NCBI GenBank assembly: GCA_913047625.1
Contig: CAJWUJ010000007.1
Location: 495 to 64,494, forward strand
Direction of reading: 5' to 3'
Length of the DNA stretch: 64,000 bases
Origin: an uncultured Dehalococcoidia bacterium
Lineage (GTDB): Bacteria; Chloroflexota; Dehalococcoidia; Lucifugimonadales; CAJWUJ01
Below the pieces are notes generated by a model. The model was not told the origin of the DNA. It did no database searches and saw only the letters and a program-made list of their open reading frames with translations. Within the stretch, counting starts at the first letter, position 1. Each line of letters begins with the position of its first letter. Positions 1 through 8,901 of the stretch are shown here, in pieces. The position numbers and the translations under genes are program-made.

Positions 1-1542
1 GGTGTTGCATTGGAGTCTTGTTTGGACTATTACGACAATAGAATTTATCCCGAAGATATTTTTGTCAATAACGATCCCTATGAAGGGGGGAGCCATCTAC
101 CGGATATTTTTCTCTACAAACCTGTTTTTGTAGGGGATCGGGTCGTTGCTTGGTTATGTGCCATGTCGCATCATACAGATGTGGGAGGTCGAGTACCCGG
201 TGGTAATGCGTGTGATAGTACAGAAATTTATCAAGAAGGAATTAGGATTCCTCCGCTGAAACTATATGAACGAGGTAAGATAAATGAGTCGTTATTTCGA
301 ATAATAGAGAAAGCTGTTCGTGTCCCAGATAAGGTACTAGGAGACCTTCAGGGACAACTAGCTGCTTTGGTTTACGGTGAAAATGAATATAGAAAACTTA
401 TAGAGCGCTACGGAGTAGAGGATCTGTTGGTGTACCAGGATGAGTTACTGGACTATACCGAACAAGTAACTCGGCAAGGAATTAGAATGTTGCCTGATGG
501 CAAGTGGAGTTTTGAAGATTTTATTGACGATGATGGGATTACTGATGAATTAATTACCATACATGTTACCGTGACCAAGGAAGATGACCGGTTAGATGTT
601 GACTTCGAAGGTACATCGAGACAGTGTAAAGGTGCTATACAGCCTGTATTCGCGACTTCTAAAGCTGTGGTATATGGAGTTATGAAGTGTGTGCTGGGTG
701 CCATGGGAGTGAATATCCCCAACACCGGAGGATATTTCCGTCCTGTGACTATTAGTGCTCCTGAGGGTACTTTCATTAATCCGCTTCTTCCAGCACCTGT
801 AGCTGCTCGAGCTCTGGGTTTGTATAGGGCTTCCCAAGCAGTTTATGGTGCTTTTGCTCAGATGGTGCCTGACAAAGTTATGGCTTGTACCGGAGGTTGT
901 GATCTTGGTGTAGGCCTTGCCGGTTATGATAAAAGTAAAACTCCTTGGAAAGCATGGGTGCAGTTGGAATTTGCCAATGAGCAAGGAGTTGGCGGTTTCT
1001 CAAATAGAGATGGTTTGGATGCACAAACGATGGGTGGCACCCAAAATATGTCAAACATTCCCATAGAACAGTTGGAAGCAGAACAACCTGTAAAAGTCAA
1101 CGAGTATGCGTTTCTTTCGGATAGTGAAGGATCTGGAAAATTCCGTGGCGCTATGGGTATGGTTCGTGAATGGGAATGTTTGATGGACGAAACACTTATT
1201 CAGGTTAGGGCTGATCGTATGAAGAACCCCCCTTATGGGTTACACGGTGGTAAAGCCTCACTGCCCACAAAAATCATGGTTAAATCTGCTGGTAAGGAAG
1301 AGCAATGGCCGTCAAAGTTTATTACATCACTGAACAAAGGGGACGTTTTGCGCATTGAATGGCCAGGAGGAGGAGGATGGGGTAATCCCTTGGAAAGGTC
1401 ACCGCAACTAGTTCTTGCAGATGTGGTTGCAGAGAAGATTTCTATTGAAAAAGCTCAAACTACTTACGGGGTAGTAATTGATCAAGATACCCGAACGGTT
1501 AACGCGCAAAAAACCACGACTCTGCGGGATAGAATGAACTGA
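1..1542 (+). CDS. Hydantoinase B/oxoprolinase-family protein (HyuB-type), 5' end cut by window edge
   Basis: The frame is open from base 1; the TTG at 10 is only the ORF finder's first start. It is collinear with the full-length paralogs at 3650, 23095(-) and 59230 from about their residue 75 on. Shared strings: NDPYEGGSHLPDIF, GGNACDSTEIYQEGIRIPPLKLY, EKAVRVPDKVLGDLQGQLAAL. Confidence 0.92.
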   Translation, partial: GVALESCLDYYDNRIYPEDIFVNNDPYEGGSHLPDIFLYKPVFVGDRVVAWLCAMSHHTDVGGRVPGGNACDSTEIYQEGIRIPPLKLYERGKINESLFRIIEKAVRVPDKVLGDLQGQLAALVYGENEYRKLIERYGVEDLLVYQDELLDYTEQVTRQGIRMLPDGKWSFEDFIDDDGITDELITIHVTVTKEDDRLDVDFEGTSRQCKGAIQPVFATSKAVVYGVMKCVLGAMGVNIPNTGGYFRPVTISAPEGTFINPLLPAPVAARALGLYRASQAVYGAFAQMVPDKVMACTGGCDLGVGLAGYDKSKTPWKAWVQLEFANEQGVGGFSNRDGLDAQTMGGTQNMSNIPIEQLEAEQPVKVNEYAFLSDSEGSGKFRGAMGMVREWECLMDETLIQVRADRMKNPPYGLHGGKASLPTKIMVKSAGKEEQWPSKFITSLNKGDVLRIEWPGGGGWGNPLERSPQLVLADVVAEKISIEKAQTTYGVVIDQDTRTVNAQKTTTLRDRMN

Positions 1543-1604
1543 GAGAATGTTTTTCGTCTGTGTACTTAGTATTGGATTACTTTCCTTGCTTGGAAGGCCA
1601 GAAC

Positions 1605-2738
1605 CTACGGTATAGGCTCTTTAAATCCTGATCCCCCTAGAATGAATAAAATATTTTCATCTGAAGGGATTATCTTATTCTCGATCATTCGCGCTGCTCC
1701 AGCAAGGGCAACGCTGGTTGTTGCTTCGACAAAAAGTCCCTCAAGGATATTCAAGCGTTGTTGCCAGTCGAGAGTTTCTTCATCAGGTACTGCAATGAAA
1801 TGTCCCCCTGATTGCTTACACGCTTTTACAGCTTCTTCTAGTCTGGGAGGTGCTGGGATACGAATCCCAACGGCAATTGTGTAGTTATTATCGTCATGTT
1901 GCCACTTCTTTTCATGGAATGCTGCAACCATTGGTTGAAATGCCGTGGATTGCACTCCGTGGAGCTTCGGTATGCTTGCAATTCGTCCGATTGATTTCAT
2001 TTCATTAAAACCCCACCACAGACCTAAAAGTTGAGATCCATTGCCGACCGTCATGACTATATTTTCAGGCAAAGAATCCATTTGTTCTACTATTTCATAA
2101 GCCATAGTTTTATTTCCCTCTATAAAGTAGGGGTTCAAGTGATATGTTAAATCTAAGATGCCTGTTTCCTTGCAGTATAAGGTCATTGCTTTTCTGGCTT
2201 TTTCTTTATTACCTTCAATCCAGTGCATGTGAGCCCCGGTTCCTTCAATTACTTTGACCTTCGAGCTATCTTTTTCATAGATACTGGTAAAGCCGTCCAT
2301 GGTGATCCCTGCACGCACACAGTATGATGCTAGAGAGTGTCCAGTATTCCCTGCCCCTATTTCTGCTAGGCGGTTAATACCTAACTCTTTTAAAACACTT
2401 GTTTGCACTGCGTTTCCCCGATCTTTAAAAGAACCAGTGGGGTTCACATATTCCAGTTTTGCATATACTTCCTGGATAGCAACGTGTTTGGCTAAGGATG
2501 CAAGTTCTATAATGGGAGTGTTACCTTCGCCCATAGTCACTATATTGTCGGGGTTAGTTATTGGTAGCATCGGCTGATATTTACCGATGCCATGTTTGTT
2601 AGGAATCGAATATGGCATGTTCGGTTTGGACTGGTCGTACTGAGCTCTTAACAAACCACCGCACATAATGCACAGTGTTCTGTATTGGGATTGGTCGTGG
2701 CTATGGCTGCATTTGATGCAAGTGAACTTGAATGACAT
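1605..2738 (-). CDS. Threonine synthase-like PLP-dependent enzyme with N-terminal Cys4 zinc ribbon
   Basis: NPTGSFKDRG PLP-lysine motif, GAGNTGHS loop, N-terminal CIKC...CIMC pairs, 377 aa. Confidence 0.85.
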   Translation of the reverse strand: MSFKFTCIKCSHSHDQSQYRTLCIMCGGLLRAQYDQSKPNMPYSIPNKHGIGKYQPMLPITNPDNIVTMGEGNTPIIELASLAKHVAIQEVYAKLEYVNPTGSFKDRGNAVQTSVLKELGINRLAEIGAGNTGHSLASYCVRAGITMDGFTSIYEKDSSKVKVIEGTGAHMHWIEGNKEKARKAMTLYCKETGILDLTYHLNPYFIEGNKTMAYEIVEQMDSLPENIVMTVGNGSQLLGLWWGFNEMKSIGRIASIPKLHGVQSTAFQPMVAAFHEKKWQHDDNNYTIAVGIRIPAPPRLEEAVKACKQSGGHFIAVPDEETLDWQQRLNILEGLFVEATTSVALAGAARMIENKIIPSDENILFILGGSGFKEPIP

Positions 2739-2841
2739 AGATGAAACTCCGTTTCGTGTAAGTATAGGAATACTAGTATACTGCTGTAAAGAAGCTCCAA
2801 AAGAAAGTCTTTCCTAAATAAGGAGATACTGGAGGTGTTGT

Positions 2842-3570
2842 GTGTCTTTATATAAACGTATAGGTGTGATTTTACCTTCCACAAATACTACAGTCGAAAG
2901 TGATTTTTTCAAAATGTCTCCAGATGGTGTCACCGTTCATTTCCATAGGATTCTTAGGAAATCTGGACTTATCGGTGATTATGAGATTCAAGAAGAGATG
3001 AATCAAGGAATTGATGAAGCTGCTACTATGCTTGCCTCCCTGCATCCTGATGTTATTGCTTATGCATGCACTGGAGGAAGTGTGCTCAAGGGTATTGGCT
3101 ATGACAGAGAACTTATTACCAGAATAGAAACTGCCTCTGGAGTTCCCGGTGTAACTACCGCTAGTGCCGTGGTTGAAGCATTACATTCGGTAGGTGCTAG
3201 GAAAATTTCTATAGCTACTCCTTACGGAGATGACGAAAATGACAGAATCCAAAGGTTTCTTAGTAACAGCGGATTTACAGTATTGAATATTGAGGGAGAT
3301 CCCTCGACTGCTAATAAGGAGGTTTCTGAAACCTCCGAAGAGTCATCTCTATCGGTAAAGAATTTTGCTAAGTCTGTGTGTCGCAGTGAGGCAGATGTGC
3401 TTTTTTGTGCTTGTACTGCCTGGCGTTCTCTTGAAATCGTCACTGAACTGGAGGCTGAATTATCTAAACCGGTTCTTACGGCCAACCAAGTAACGATGTG
3501 GTCTGCTTTACGTACTGTAAACATGTTGCAGTCTCAATCTGGGTTCGGTACCCTACTCACATCGGTTTAA
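2842..3570 (+). CDS. Asp/Glu/hydantoin-racemase superfamily protein, maleate isomerase / arylmalonate decarboxylase-like
   Basis: GTG start follows GGAGG (2831-2835). N-terminal IGVILPSTNTTVE. Two catalytic-type Cys in YACTGGS and CACTAWRS. Paralogous to 62452 and 63225. Confidence 0.85.
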   Translation: MSLYKRIGVILPSTNTTVESDFFKMSPDGVTVHFHRILRKSGLIGDYEIQEEMNQGIDEAATMLASLHPDVIAYACTGGSVLKGIGYDRELITRIETASGVPGVTTASAVVEALHSVGARKISIATPYGDDENDRIQRFLSNSGFTVLNIEGDPSTANKEVSETSEESSLSVKNFAKSVCRSEADVLFCACTAWRSLEIVTELEAELSKPVLTANQVTMWSALRTVNMLQSQSGFGTLLTSV

Positions 3571-3649
3571 AGTTAACAGGTGGGTTTTTGATATAGTAAT
3601 CTATAAGCAATGATGAGTGTTAACGTGTAAAGTTTGGTGATAGACGTTT

Positions 3650-5353
3650 ATGACTTCTGCAAGTGATTATATTCAATTAGAAGTACTTAAGAACTCCTTA
3701 GAGAGTATTGCTGACAGTATGGCTCTTACAGTTGTACGTACCTCTCGGTCATCTGTTGTAAAGACTGGTATGGATTTTTCTACGGCGGTACTGAGTCCCC
3801 GGGGTGAACTCGTTGGACAGGGACTTTGTTCTCCTATTCATTTAGGAGGTATGATGCCTGCTCTGAAGAGTTGCCTAGAGAGATATGAATCTCGAATTTA
3901 TCCTGGTGATGTATTAATAAACAATGATCCATATGAGGGAGGGAGTCATCTTCCTGATATTTTCCTTTTCAAACCAGTTTTTTTCAACGACGATTTAGTT
4001 GGGTATCTCTGTGCGATGACCCATCAAACCGATATTGGAGGTCGAGTTGCGGGAGGTAATGCGTGTGATTCAACTGAGATTTACCAGGAAGGGTTACGTA
4101 TTCCACCATTGAAATTGTATGAAAAAGGCTATCCGAATGATGCTTTATTTAGATTGTTGGAAAAGGCAGTTCGTGTACCTGATAAGGTATTGGGTGATGT
4201 GCAAGGGCAATTGGCTGCGTTAGATTTTGGAGAAAGAGAATTCAAAAAATTAGTTAGAAAATCTGGTGCGGAACAAATCAAGCAATCTATGGATGAATTG
4301 CTTGTATATACAGAAGAGCTTACACGGAAAGGGATAAGCCGTTTTCCTGATGGTTCGTGGTTGTTCAGTGACTACTTGGATGGTGACGGTATTTCAGACG
4401 AACAAATTAAAATATCTGTTAATCTGACGAAGCAGGGCGATCAAATACATGTTGACTTTTCTGGTACATCTGAGCAGTGCAAAGGGGCTATTCAACCAGT
4501 GTTTGCTACCAGTAAAGCTATGGTGTATGCAGTGCTGAGAAGTGTGCTGGGGTCTATGGGCTATGATGTACCGAATACTGCGGGCTATTTTAAGCCTGTG
4601 ACAGTCACTGCTCCTGAAGGTACCTTTGTTAATCCATTACCTCCAGCCCCTGTAGCTGCTCGTTCTTTGGGGTGTTTACGGGTTGCTCAGGCAGTCTTTG
4701 GCGCGTTTGCTCAGATGCTTCCTAGCGAGGTTTTTGCTTGTTTTGGAGGATGTGAACTAGGAATAAGTATGAGTGGTTACAATAACTCCAAGGTGCAGAG
4801 GGTGCCGTGGATACAATTGGAATTTCACAATCAACAAGCGATAGGGGGTTATCCTTGGCGAGATGCTTGTGATGCTCAGGTCCCTGGTTTTTCTACTGTT
4901 GCAAATATCCCAGCAGAACAATTGGAGATTGACCAGCCTTTGCAGGTACTCGATTACGGTTTTGTGACAGATAGTGAAGGAGCAGGACAGTATCGAGGCG
5001 GCTTAGGAATGGTTCGAGAATTTAGATATCTTGAAGATGATATTCAGGTACAGGTTCGCGCCGATAGAAAATCAACTCAGCCTTACGGTCTGTTTGGTGG
5101 TCACTCACCATCACCTACAGTAATTACGCTGAATTCAAAATCTGGTCATACACAAGATATGCCAACGAAGTTTTTGATAAATGTAAAGAAAGGTGATCGA
5201 TTAAGATTTCAATGGCCTGGTGCGGGAGGTTGGGGTGATCCTGCTAACCGAGATCACCAAGCGGTGTTAGAAGATGTTAGGAATAATAAAATCAGTCCAG
5301 AACGCGCTGTTAAGGTATATGGTTTGATTCCTGAACAGATAGCAAACCATTAA
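3650..5353 (+). CDS. Hydantoinase B/oxoprolinase-family protein (HyuB-type), full length
   Basis: 567 aa. Carries LEVLKNSLESIADSMALTVVRTSRS, NDPYEGGSHLPDIF, GGNACDSTEIYQEGLRIPPLKLY and WPGAGGWGDP. Confidence 0.93.
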   Translation: MTSASDYIQLEVLKNSLESIADSMALTVVRTSRSSVVKTGMDFSTAVLSPRGELVGQGLCSPIHLGGMMPALKSCLERYESRIYPGDVLINNDPYEGGSHLPDIFLFKPVFFNDDLVGYLCAMTHQTDIGGRVAGGNACDSTEIYQEGLRIPPLKLYEKGYPNDALFRLLEKAVRVPDKVLGDVQGQLAALDFGEREFKKLVRKSGAEQIKQSMDELLVYTEELTRKGISRFPDGSWLFSDYLDGDGISDEQIKISVNLTKQGDQIHVDFSGTSEQCKGAIQPVFATSKAMVYAVLRSVLGSMGYDVPNTAGYFKPVTVTAPEGTFVNPLPPAPVAARSLGCLRVAQAVFGAFAQMLPSEVFACFGGCELGISMSGYNNSKVQRVPWIQLEFHNQQAIGGYPWRDACDAQVPGFSTVANIPAEQLEIDQPLQVLDYGFVTDSEGAGQYRGGLGMVREFRYLEDDIQVQVRADRKSTQPYGLFGGHSPSPTVITLNSKSGHTQDMPTKFLINVKKGDRLRFQWPGAGGWGDPANRDHQAVLEDVRNNKISPERAVKVYGLIPEQIANH

Positions 5354-5383
5354 TAAGATTCTGAATGAACAGGAGATTCGCTT

Positions 5384-6964
5384 GTGTTAGATATTATTAT
5401 ACGTAATGGCAAAATTATCGACGGGTCTGGAAATCCATGGTATAGCGCTGATATTGCAGTAGATGCGGGGCAAATTGTTGAGATTGGTCGAGTTAATAGC
5501 AAGGCAAAAGAGACAATTGATGCTGCAGGAAATATAGTCTGCCCAGGATTTATAGACATGCATGCCCATCCTGATTTGACCTTATTCTATAAGGAAGTAC
5601 AGGACTACAAGCTCCGGCAAGGTGTAACCACTGAGGTTGGAGGCAATTGTGGTTTTACTGCAGCTCCGTTATACCCTAAGACTTCCGAACAGTTGAAGAA
5701 ATTTATGGCTTTTATCACTCCTCCTACAGGAGTAGATTGGGGCTGGAGTACTTTTAAAGAATACTTGCAGAAAGTTAGCGATTCTTCTCCTGCAACAAAT
5801 TTAGTTCCCTTAGTTGGGCACGGAACCGTACGCATAGCGGTTATGGGTGTTCAACAGAGAGCTCCCACACAGAACGAATTATCGGAAATGGAAATGTTGG
5901 TGGATGAAGCGATGGAGGCTGGTGCTTATGGAATCTCCACAGGGTTAGTGTATGTTCCAGGGAATTATGCGGAGACCGAGGAAATAGTCGCACTGGCTAA
6001 AATTGCTGCTAGACATGGAGGTATCTATGCTACTCATATGCGGGACGAAGGAGAGAATCTGATTAATTCAGTTGAAGAGACTATTGCTATTTGTCAGGGT
6101 GCTGATATCGCTGTTCAGATATCTCATCACAAAGCTGCTGGGAAACTGAATCACGGTAAGGTTATCGAGTCACTCGGGGTTATTCAAAATGCTAGGAATA
6201 GCGGATTAGATGTAACAATAGATCAATATCCTTATTCGGCAAGCAGTACTACTTTGCAGGCTATTTTGCCACCATGGTCCCAAGAAGGAGGCGTTGAGAA
6301 GATTGTCGAGCGTTTGCAGGACAACGAGATTCGGTCTGAAATTCAAAATCAACTTCTGAATTCTCACGGGGAAACCCGTATGGGGGGAGTTCTGGATGAG
6401 ATTCTCATAACAGAAGTTAAGTCGCACAAAAACAAAGTATGTGTTGGGAAGACACTCAAACAACTAAGTGATCTTCGGAACCAAGAAAGTATAGACGTTG
6501 CTTTTGATCTTTTGATTGAAGAAGAGTGTGCGGTTGGCATGGTTAACTTTTCTATGTCTGAAGATGACGTCAAAACTGTTATGCAGAGTCCAGTGACAAT
6601 GATCGGGAGCGATGGCTTATACCAGGTTGGTAATCCTCATCCAAGAGTCTACGGTACCTATCCACGAGTTTTGGGGAAGTATGTAAGAGAAGATGAAGTG
6701 TTAAGTCTTGAAACAGCTGTCAGGAAAATGACAGGATTTCCCTCTCAGAAACTGGGATTACATAAAAAAGGACTCTTACGGGTTGGCTTTGATGCTGATT
6801 TGGTAGTTTTAGATCCTACTATAGTTAAAGATCAAGCCACTTTTCTTGATTCTCGTCAGTATCCAGTTGGTATTGACTACGTGATCGTCAACGGGCAAAT
6901 AGCTGTTGCTGATGGGCAATTTACCGGAACAACTGCTGGAGTAGTGGTGTCTAAGAATCGATAG
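5384..6964 (+). CDS. N-acyl-D-amino-acid deacylase (D-aminoacylase) family amidohydrolase
   Basis: N-terminus IIRNGKIIDGSGNP...CPGFIDMHAHPD (HxH metal motif). 526 aa. The GTG start lies 30 nt after the HyuB stop, so the two are probably co-transcribed. Confidence 0.85.
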   Translation: MLDIIIRNGKIIDGSGNPWYSADIAVDAGQIVEIGRVNSKAKETIDAAGNIVCPGFIDMHAHPDLTLFYKEVQDYKLRQGVTTEVGGNCGFTAAPLYPKTSEQLKKFMAFITPPTGVDWGWSTFKEYLQKVSDSSPATNLVPLVGHGTVRIAVMGVQQRAPTQNELSEMEMLVDEAMEAGAYGISTGLVYVPGNYAETEEIVALAKIAARHGGIYATHMRDEGENLINSVEETIAICQGADIAVQISHHKAAGKLNHGKVIESLGVIQNARNSGLDVTIDQYPYSASSTTLQAILPPWSQEGGVEKIVERLQDNEIRSEIQNQLLNSHGETRMGGVLDEILITEVKSHKNKVCVGKTLKQLSDLRNQESIDVAFDLLIEEECAVGMVNFSMSEDDVKTVMQSPVTMIGSDGLYQVGNPHPRVYGTYPRVLGKYVREDEVLSLETAVRKMTGFPSQKLGLHKKGLLRVGFDADLVVLDPTIVKDQATFLDSRQYPVGIDYVIVNGQIAVADGQFTGTTAGVVVSKNR

Positions 6965-6980
6965 GTTAAAGGATGGTACT

Positions 6981-7403
6981 ATGAACTTTGGAAGTGCTAA
7001 GAATTTTATGGAAAAAAATCACCAGGGAGTGATTACGACCCGAAGACCAAATGGATTACTGCATTCCAGTATTGTTGTATGTGGTGTATATGATGCCAAA
7101 GCTGTCTTTGTTTCCGTTTATCCTCGTTCTCAGAAAATAGCTAATCTTCGACGAGATCCGGTTTGTACTGTGTTGACAGTGACTCCTGACTGGCGGCATT
7201 ACCTTGCTATTGAAGGTAATGCACAACTGTTTGACTATCAGAACACTGAGGCCAAAAACATGCGCCAACTTTTTCGAGACGCCTATATAGCTTGTAGTAC
7301 TCAAGAACATCCTAATTGGGAGGAGTATGATCAAGCCATGGTTCGGCAAGAAAGTGTAGTGGTTTTGGTTCCACCCGAAAAAGTTTACGGATCAATGATA
7401 TAG
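6981..7403 (+). CDS. Pyridoxamine 5'-phosphate oxidase-fold protein, probably F420/FMN-binding PPOX class
   Basis: 140 aa. GVITTRRPNGLLHSS...ANLRRDPVCTVLTV matches the split-barrel PPOX family pattern. Confidence 0.7.
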   Translation: MNFGSAKNFMEKNHQGVITTRRPNGLLHSSIVVCGVYDAKAVFVSVYPRSQKIANLRRDPVCTVLTVTPDWRHYLAIEGNAQLFDYQNTEAKNMRQLFRDAYIACSTQEHPNWEEYDQAMVRQESVVVLVPPEKVYGSMI

Positions 7404-7775
7404 CTAAAATTCAGGTTTTCGTTGTCCGAAAATTCGATGTCTGTGCTTAGCAATATGTTTGTACAGGCTGGTGAGTAAGAAGTCGGGGACAGAGTCCAAA
7501 ATCCTGACTACTATACTCCAGATAATTTGCCATAGTGAACTTTTGCAGGACACCGCTCTTGCTATGGTCTTAAGTGCAGGTCCGCCAGTGACTGTCTGAT
7601 TATTTTTTTTCACCACAACTGATAAGTTCGAATTCAGTTGAGTAGTTATTTCGGGGTAAGCTTTGGTCTCCTGTGCATTGAAAGCCAAGAATTGTGGTTT
7701 CTCTGTAAACCTTTTGTCAGATAAAAATGTGACAAACGAATGGCATAGATTACAGGAGCTGTCAAAAAATACAAT
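7404..7775 (-). CDS. DCC1-like thiol-disulfide oxidoreductase (DUF393 family); no canonical start codon
   Basis: C-terminal YKHIAKHRHRIFG matches the family tail. The frame stays open upstream of the track's TTG (7688) and there encodes IVFFDSSCNLCH, the family CxxC motif. The only in-frame start candidates are ATT (7775) or ATA (7811, overlapping the upstream TAA). Confidence 0.55.
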   Translation of the reverse strand: MVFFDSSCNLCHSFVTFLSDKRFTEKPQFLAFNAQETKAYPEITTQLNSNLSVVVKKNNQTVTGGPALKTIARAVSCKSSLWQIIWSIVVRILDSVPDFLLTSLYKHIAKHRHRIFGQRKPEF

Positions 7776-7807
7776 TGTTTGATCCGATAGGTTTGTAGGT
7801 ACCTTGC

Positions 7808-8800
7808 TTATGTAGCTACTGTTCTTTTGTATGGTAGTACCTCCGGATTTCTGATGTTTTCAGGTGTAGTTCCTGTTAATCCGTCAAAGACTTGCTGAGC
7901 AGTCCTCCTCGAGAGTTCCTGAAGGGATTGTTGCGAAAAAAATGCGACATGTGGGGTTAAAATGACGTTTTCAAGAGAGCGTAAGGGATGATCGAGCGGC
8001 AAGGGTTCTGGTTCAGTCACATCTAATGCTGCTCCAGCAATTTGATTCGATTGAATGGCCTGTACTAATGCTTCAGTATCAATGATACCACCCCGTGCGG
8101 CATTTATTATGCTGGCTGTTCTCTTCATCTGTTTGAATTGGTTTGCTCCAAATATTCCTTTTGTTTCGGCTGTAAGGGGTGCGTGAAGAGATATAAGGTC
8201 GGACTCTGATAAAAGTTCATCAAAAGTGACTAATCTGACATTTGTTCCGGTGACATCCTGCTTTTTAATAAAAGGGTCATATCCTATAACGTCCATATCG
8301 AATGCATATGCTCTTTTTGCCATCAATTGACCTTGTCTTCCTAACCCAAACAGGCCAAGTGTCTGATTGCTGAGCCTTGGTACGGGACTTGCGAGATCAA
8401 TTTGTGTTTGCTGACTGAAGGGGAGTAGTTGTCTATTGATAGCTAGGATTAGGGAAAAAGCATGACTAGTAACCTCCTGAACACAGTAATCAGGGATATT
8501 TGTAACTACTATGCCCAACTCAGTTGCAAGTTTAAGAGGAATATTATCAATGCCTACACCAAACCTTGAAAGTTGTACACATTTTGGTGCATTGAGAATT
8601 ACACTTTCTGGCACTGTTGCCCAGTTGAACATTATGGCGTCAGCATCGGCTGCGAGTTCAGCTAATGTGCTTGGTTTTGTGTCGGGTGCGCTCACTATAG
8701 ATGCGATACCTGAAAGGATTGATTCTTCTACCGTAAGAGAAGGCCAAGCATAGTCAGTAATTAAGACTGTAAATTTTTTGGATTTGCTGTTTGAATTCAT
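7808..8800 (-). CDS. D-isomer-specific 2-hydroxyacid dehydrogenase (CtBP/PGDH-like)
   Basis: GLFGLGRQG NAD-binding motif. Catalytic-type Arg/Glu/His in AARGG, DVTEPEP and TPHVAF. Confidence 0.88.
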   Translation of the reverse strand: MNSNSKSKKFTVLITDYAWPSLTVEESILSGIASIVSAPDTKPSTLAELAADADAIMFNWATVPESVILNAPKCVQLSRFGVGIDNIPLKLATELGIVVTNIPDYCVQEVTSHAFSLILAINRQLLPFSQQTQIDLASPVPRLSNQTLGLFGLGRQGQLMAKRAYAFDMDVIGYDPFIKKQDVTGTNVRLVTFDELLSESDLISLHAPLTAETKGIFGANQFKQMKRTASIINAARGGIIDTEALVQAIQSNQIAGAALDVTEPEPLPLDHPLRSLENVILTPHVAFFSQQSLQELSRRTAQQVFDGLTGTTPENIRNPEVLPYKRTVAT

Positions 8801-8901
8801 ATATCCTCTTCAGTTTGTAATGAGTAAGTTAGTTAATATTGTTATCGTTTAATTGAGGATGCTTGTCAAACAATGCTGTGCATTGTCTTTACGTGTTCTA
8901 G

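Noticed and set aside
453-984. Two minus-strand ORFs (107 and 130 aa) inside the first HyuB gene, and similar antisense ORFs inside most large genes in the track.
   Set aside because: These are shadow ORFs opposite strongly conserved coding frames. They have no motifs and no SD.
8866-8882. Short hairpin ACAATGC-TGT-GCATTGT after the activase gene, considered as a terminator.
   Set aside because: It has only a 7-bp stem with a 3-nt loop and no U-tract, which is too weak to report as a feature.
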